24,987 nucleotides of DNA from a virus (lineage: Duplodnaviria > Caudoviricetes). The number at the start of each line of letters is the position of its first letter. The stretch's first letter is position 1. The notes under the pieces are model-generated. The model was not told the DNA's origin. It did not search any database and saw only the letters and a program-made list of their open reading frames with translations. Both the position numbers and the translations under genes were made by a program. Shown piece by piece: positions 24,002 through 24,987 of the stretch. The DNA lies in IMG/VR virus record IMGVR_UViG_3300005512_000309, positions 1 through 24,987 of that record. One strand, 5' to 3'.

Positions 24002-24271
24002 ATGGCTGGTCCAGTAAAAGCCTACAACGCGACGGGAACCGGGGCTGTTGGTCCCGGTCGTTCACGTATCAAGCAGATCGGCGTGTATTGCACAGCCGCT
24101 GGCGCATTCACAATCACAGACGGAAACGGTGGTGCAACTCTGTTGCAGCAAAAGTTCCCGGCTGGTCACACACTTCTTAACATTCCCGGCGATGGCATCA
24201 TCGCCGAGAGCGGCGTGTATGTGAGCGCAATCTCTGGTACGGCTTCTGAACTAACCATCTTCCTCGCGTAG
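24002..24271 (+). CDS. Small virion structural protein
   Basis: AGGAGG RBS; beta-rich, IPGDGI motif. Confidence 0.75.
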   Translation: MAGPVKAYNATGTGAVGPGRSRIKQIGVYCTAAGAFTITDGNGGATLLQQKFPAGHTLLNIPGDGIIAESGVYVSAISGTASELTIFLA

Positions 24272-24280
24272 GGGGAAAAA

Positions 24281-24987
24281 ATGACTGTCCACGAGATACG
24301 GTCTATTAGCCAAGTCGGCACAAGTGAGCCGTTTGAGCTACAGGTCGCTCGTGGGCAGATTCCAGGGCATGAGATTATTTTTAAGTTTGGTTACAACGCT
24401 GCTGTTGGAATTACACAAGAAACCATTTGGGAACAAGGTGGTTTATATTCCTACCCCGCATCAGCCACGGTAATGACTGTATCAAGCAGTTCGGCTAACG
24501 ACACTGCCGCAGGAACGGGTGCAAGAACAGTAGAGGTTTCTGGCCTAGACGCTGATTACAACGAAATAAACGAAGTTGTCACATTAAACGGACAAACGGC
24601 TGTTAATACGACAAAATCTTATCTGCGTATAAATCGCGGCATTGTTCGCAGTGCAGGTAGTGATGGCGCAAACGCCGGCGTAATCTACGCTGGTACAGGA
24701 ACAGTAACTTCTGGGGTTCCTGCTAATATTTACCTGACCATAAATGGGGAAGGTGATAATCAAACATTGATGGGTCTTTGGACAGTTCCCGCAGGATATA
24801 CAGCGTTCCTTACAAAGATGGCTTTATCCACAGGCACCTCAACGCAAACACCTGCTGTTCTAAATGCTAGTCTTGTTGCTAGGCCATACGGAGAAGTGTT
24901 TCAAATAAAAGAAAGATTTACTCTTACAGATGGCGCACACGAACAGCTTTATACTTTCCCGTTAAGGTTTACAGAAAAAACAGACTT
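24281..24987 (+). CDS. Virion structural protein, truncated by the window end (absent from ORF track)
   Basis: Open from ATG 24281: MTVHEIRSISQVGTSEPFELQVARGQIPGH...DTAAGTGARTVEVSGLD...QTLMGLWTVPAGYT. Confidence 0.8.
   Translation, partial: MTVHEIRSISQVGTSEPFELQVARGQIPGHEIIFKFGYNAAVGITQETIWEQGGLYSYPASATVMTVSSSSANDTAAGTGARTVEVSGLDADYNEINEVVTLNGQTAVNTTKSYLRINRGIVRSAGSDGANAGVIYAGTGTVTSGVPANIYLTINGEGDNQTLMGLWTVPAGYTAFLTKMALSTGTSTQTPAVLNASLVARPYGEVFQIKERFTLTDGAHEQLYTFPLRFTEKTD

Overview
About 25 kb of a dsDNA tailed (podovirus-like) phage genome, mostly GC-rich. No cellular housekeeping genes, rRNA, tRNA, integrase or CRISPR array are evident. The left part (87-6184, mostly minus strand) is an early/replication-side operon: an RHH regulator, an antisense PD-(D/E)XK nuclease, an SNF2 helicase, an HNH nuclease and many tiny Cys-rich ORFs. 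The middle (6185-9491) holds a divergent promoter/iteron region, terS, a VRR-NUC-like nuclease, and then a minus-strand block of self-contained early gene cassettes (Gp88-like Fe-S protein, Zn-finger proteins, orphan winged-helix protein) with repeats and palindromes; this may be the genome-end or first-injected region. The right part (9492-24987, plus strand) is morphogenesis: terL, a 1179-aa probable internal protein, portal, holin, small basic proteins, GroES, scaffold, major capsid and virion proteins. From recall, not a search, the gene order resembles marine alphaproteobacterial phages (uvMED / HTVC023P / CRP-901-like). The most unusual signals are a dispersed 7-bp-period DNA motif that also sits inside coding sequence, a 48-bp palindromic repeat-bounded gene cassette, and AxGG and terminal FxGVx peptide motifs shared by unrelated head-region proteins. 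All product calls come from motif recognition only.
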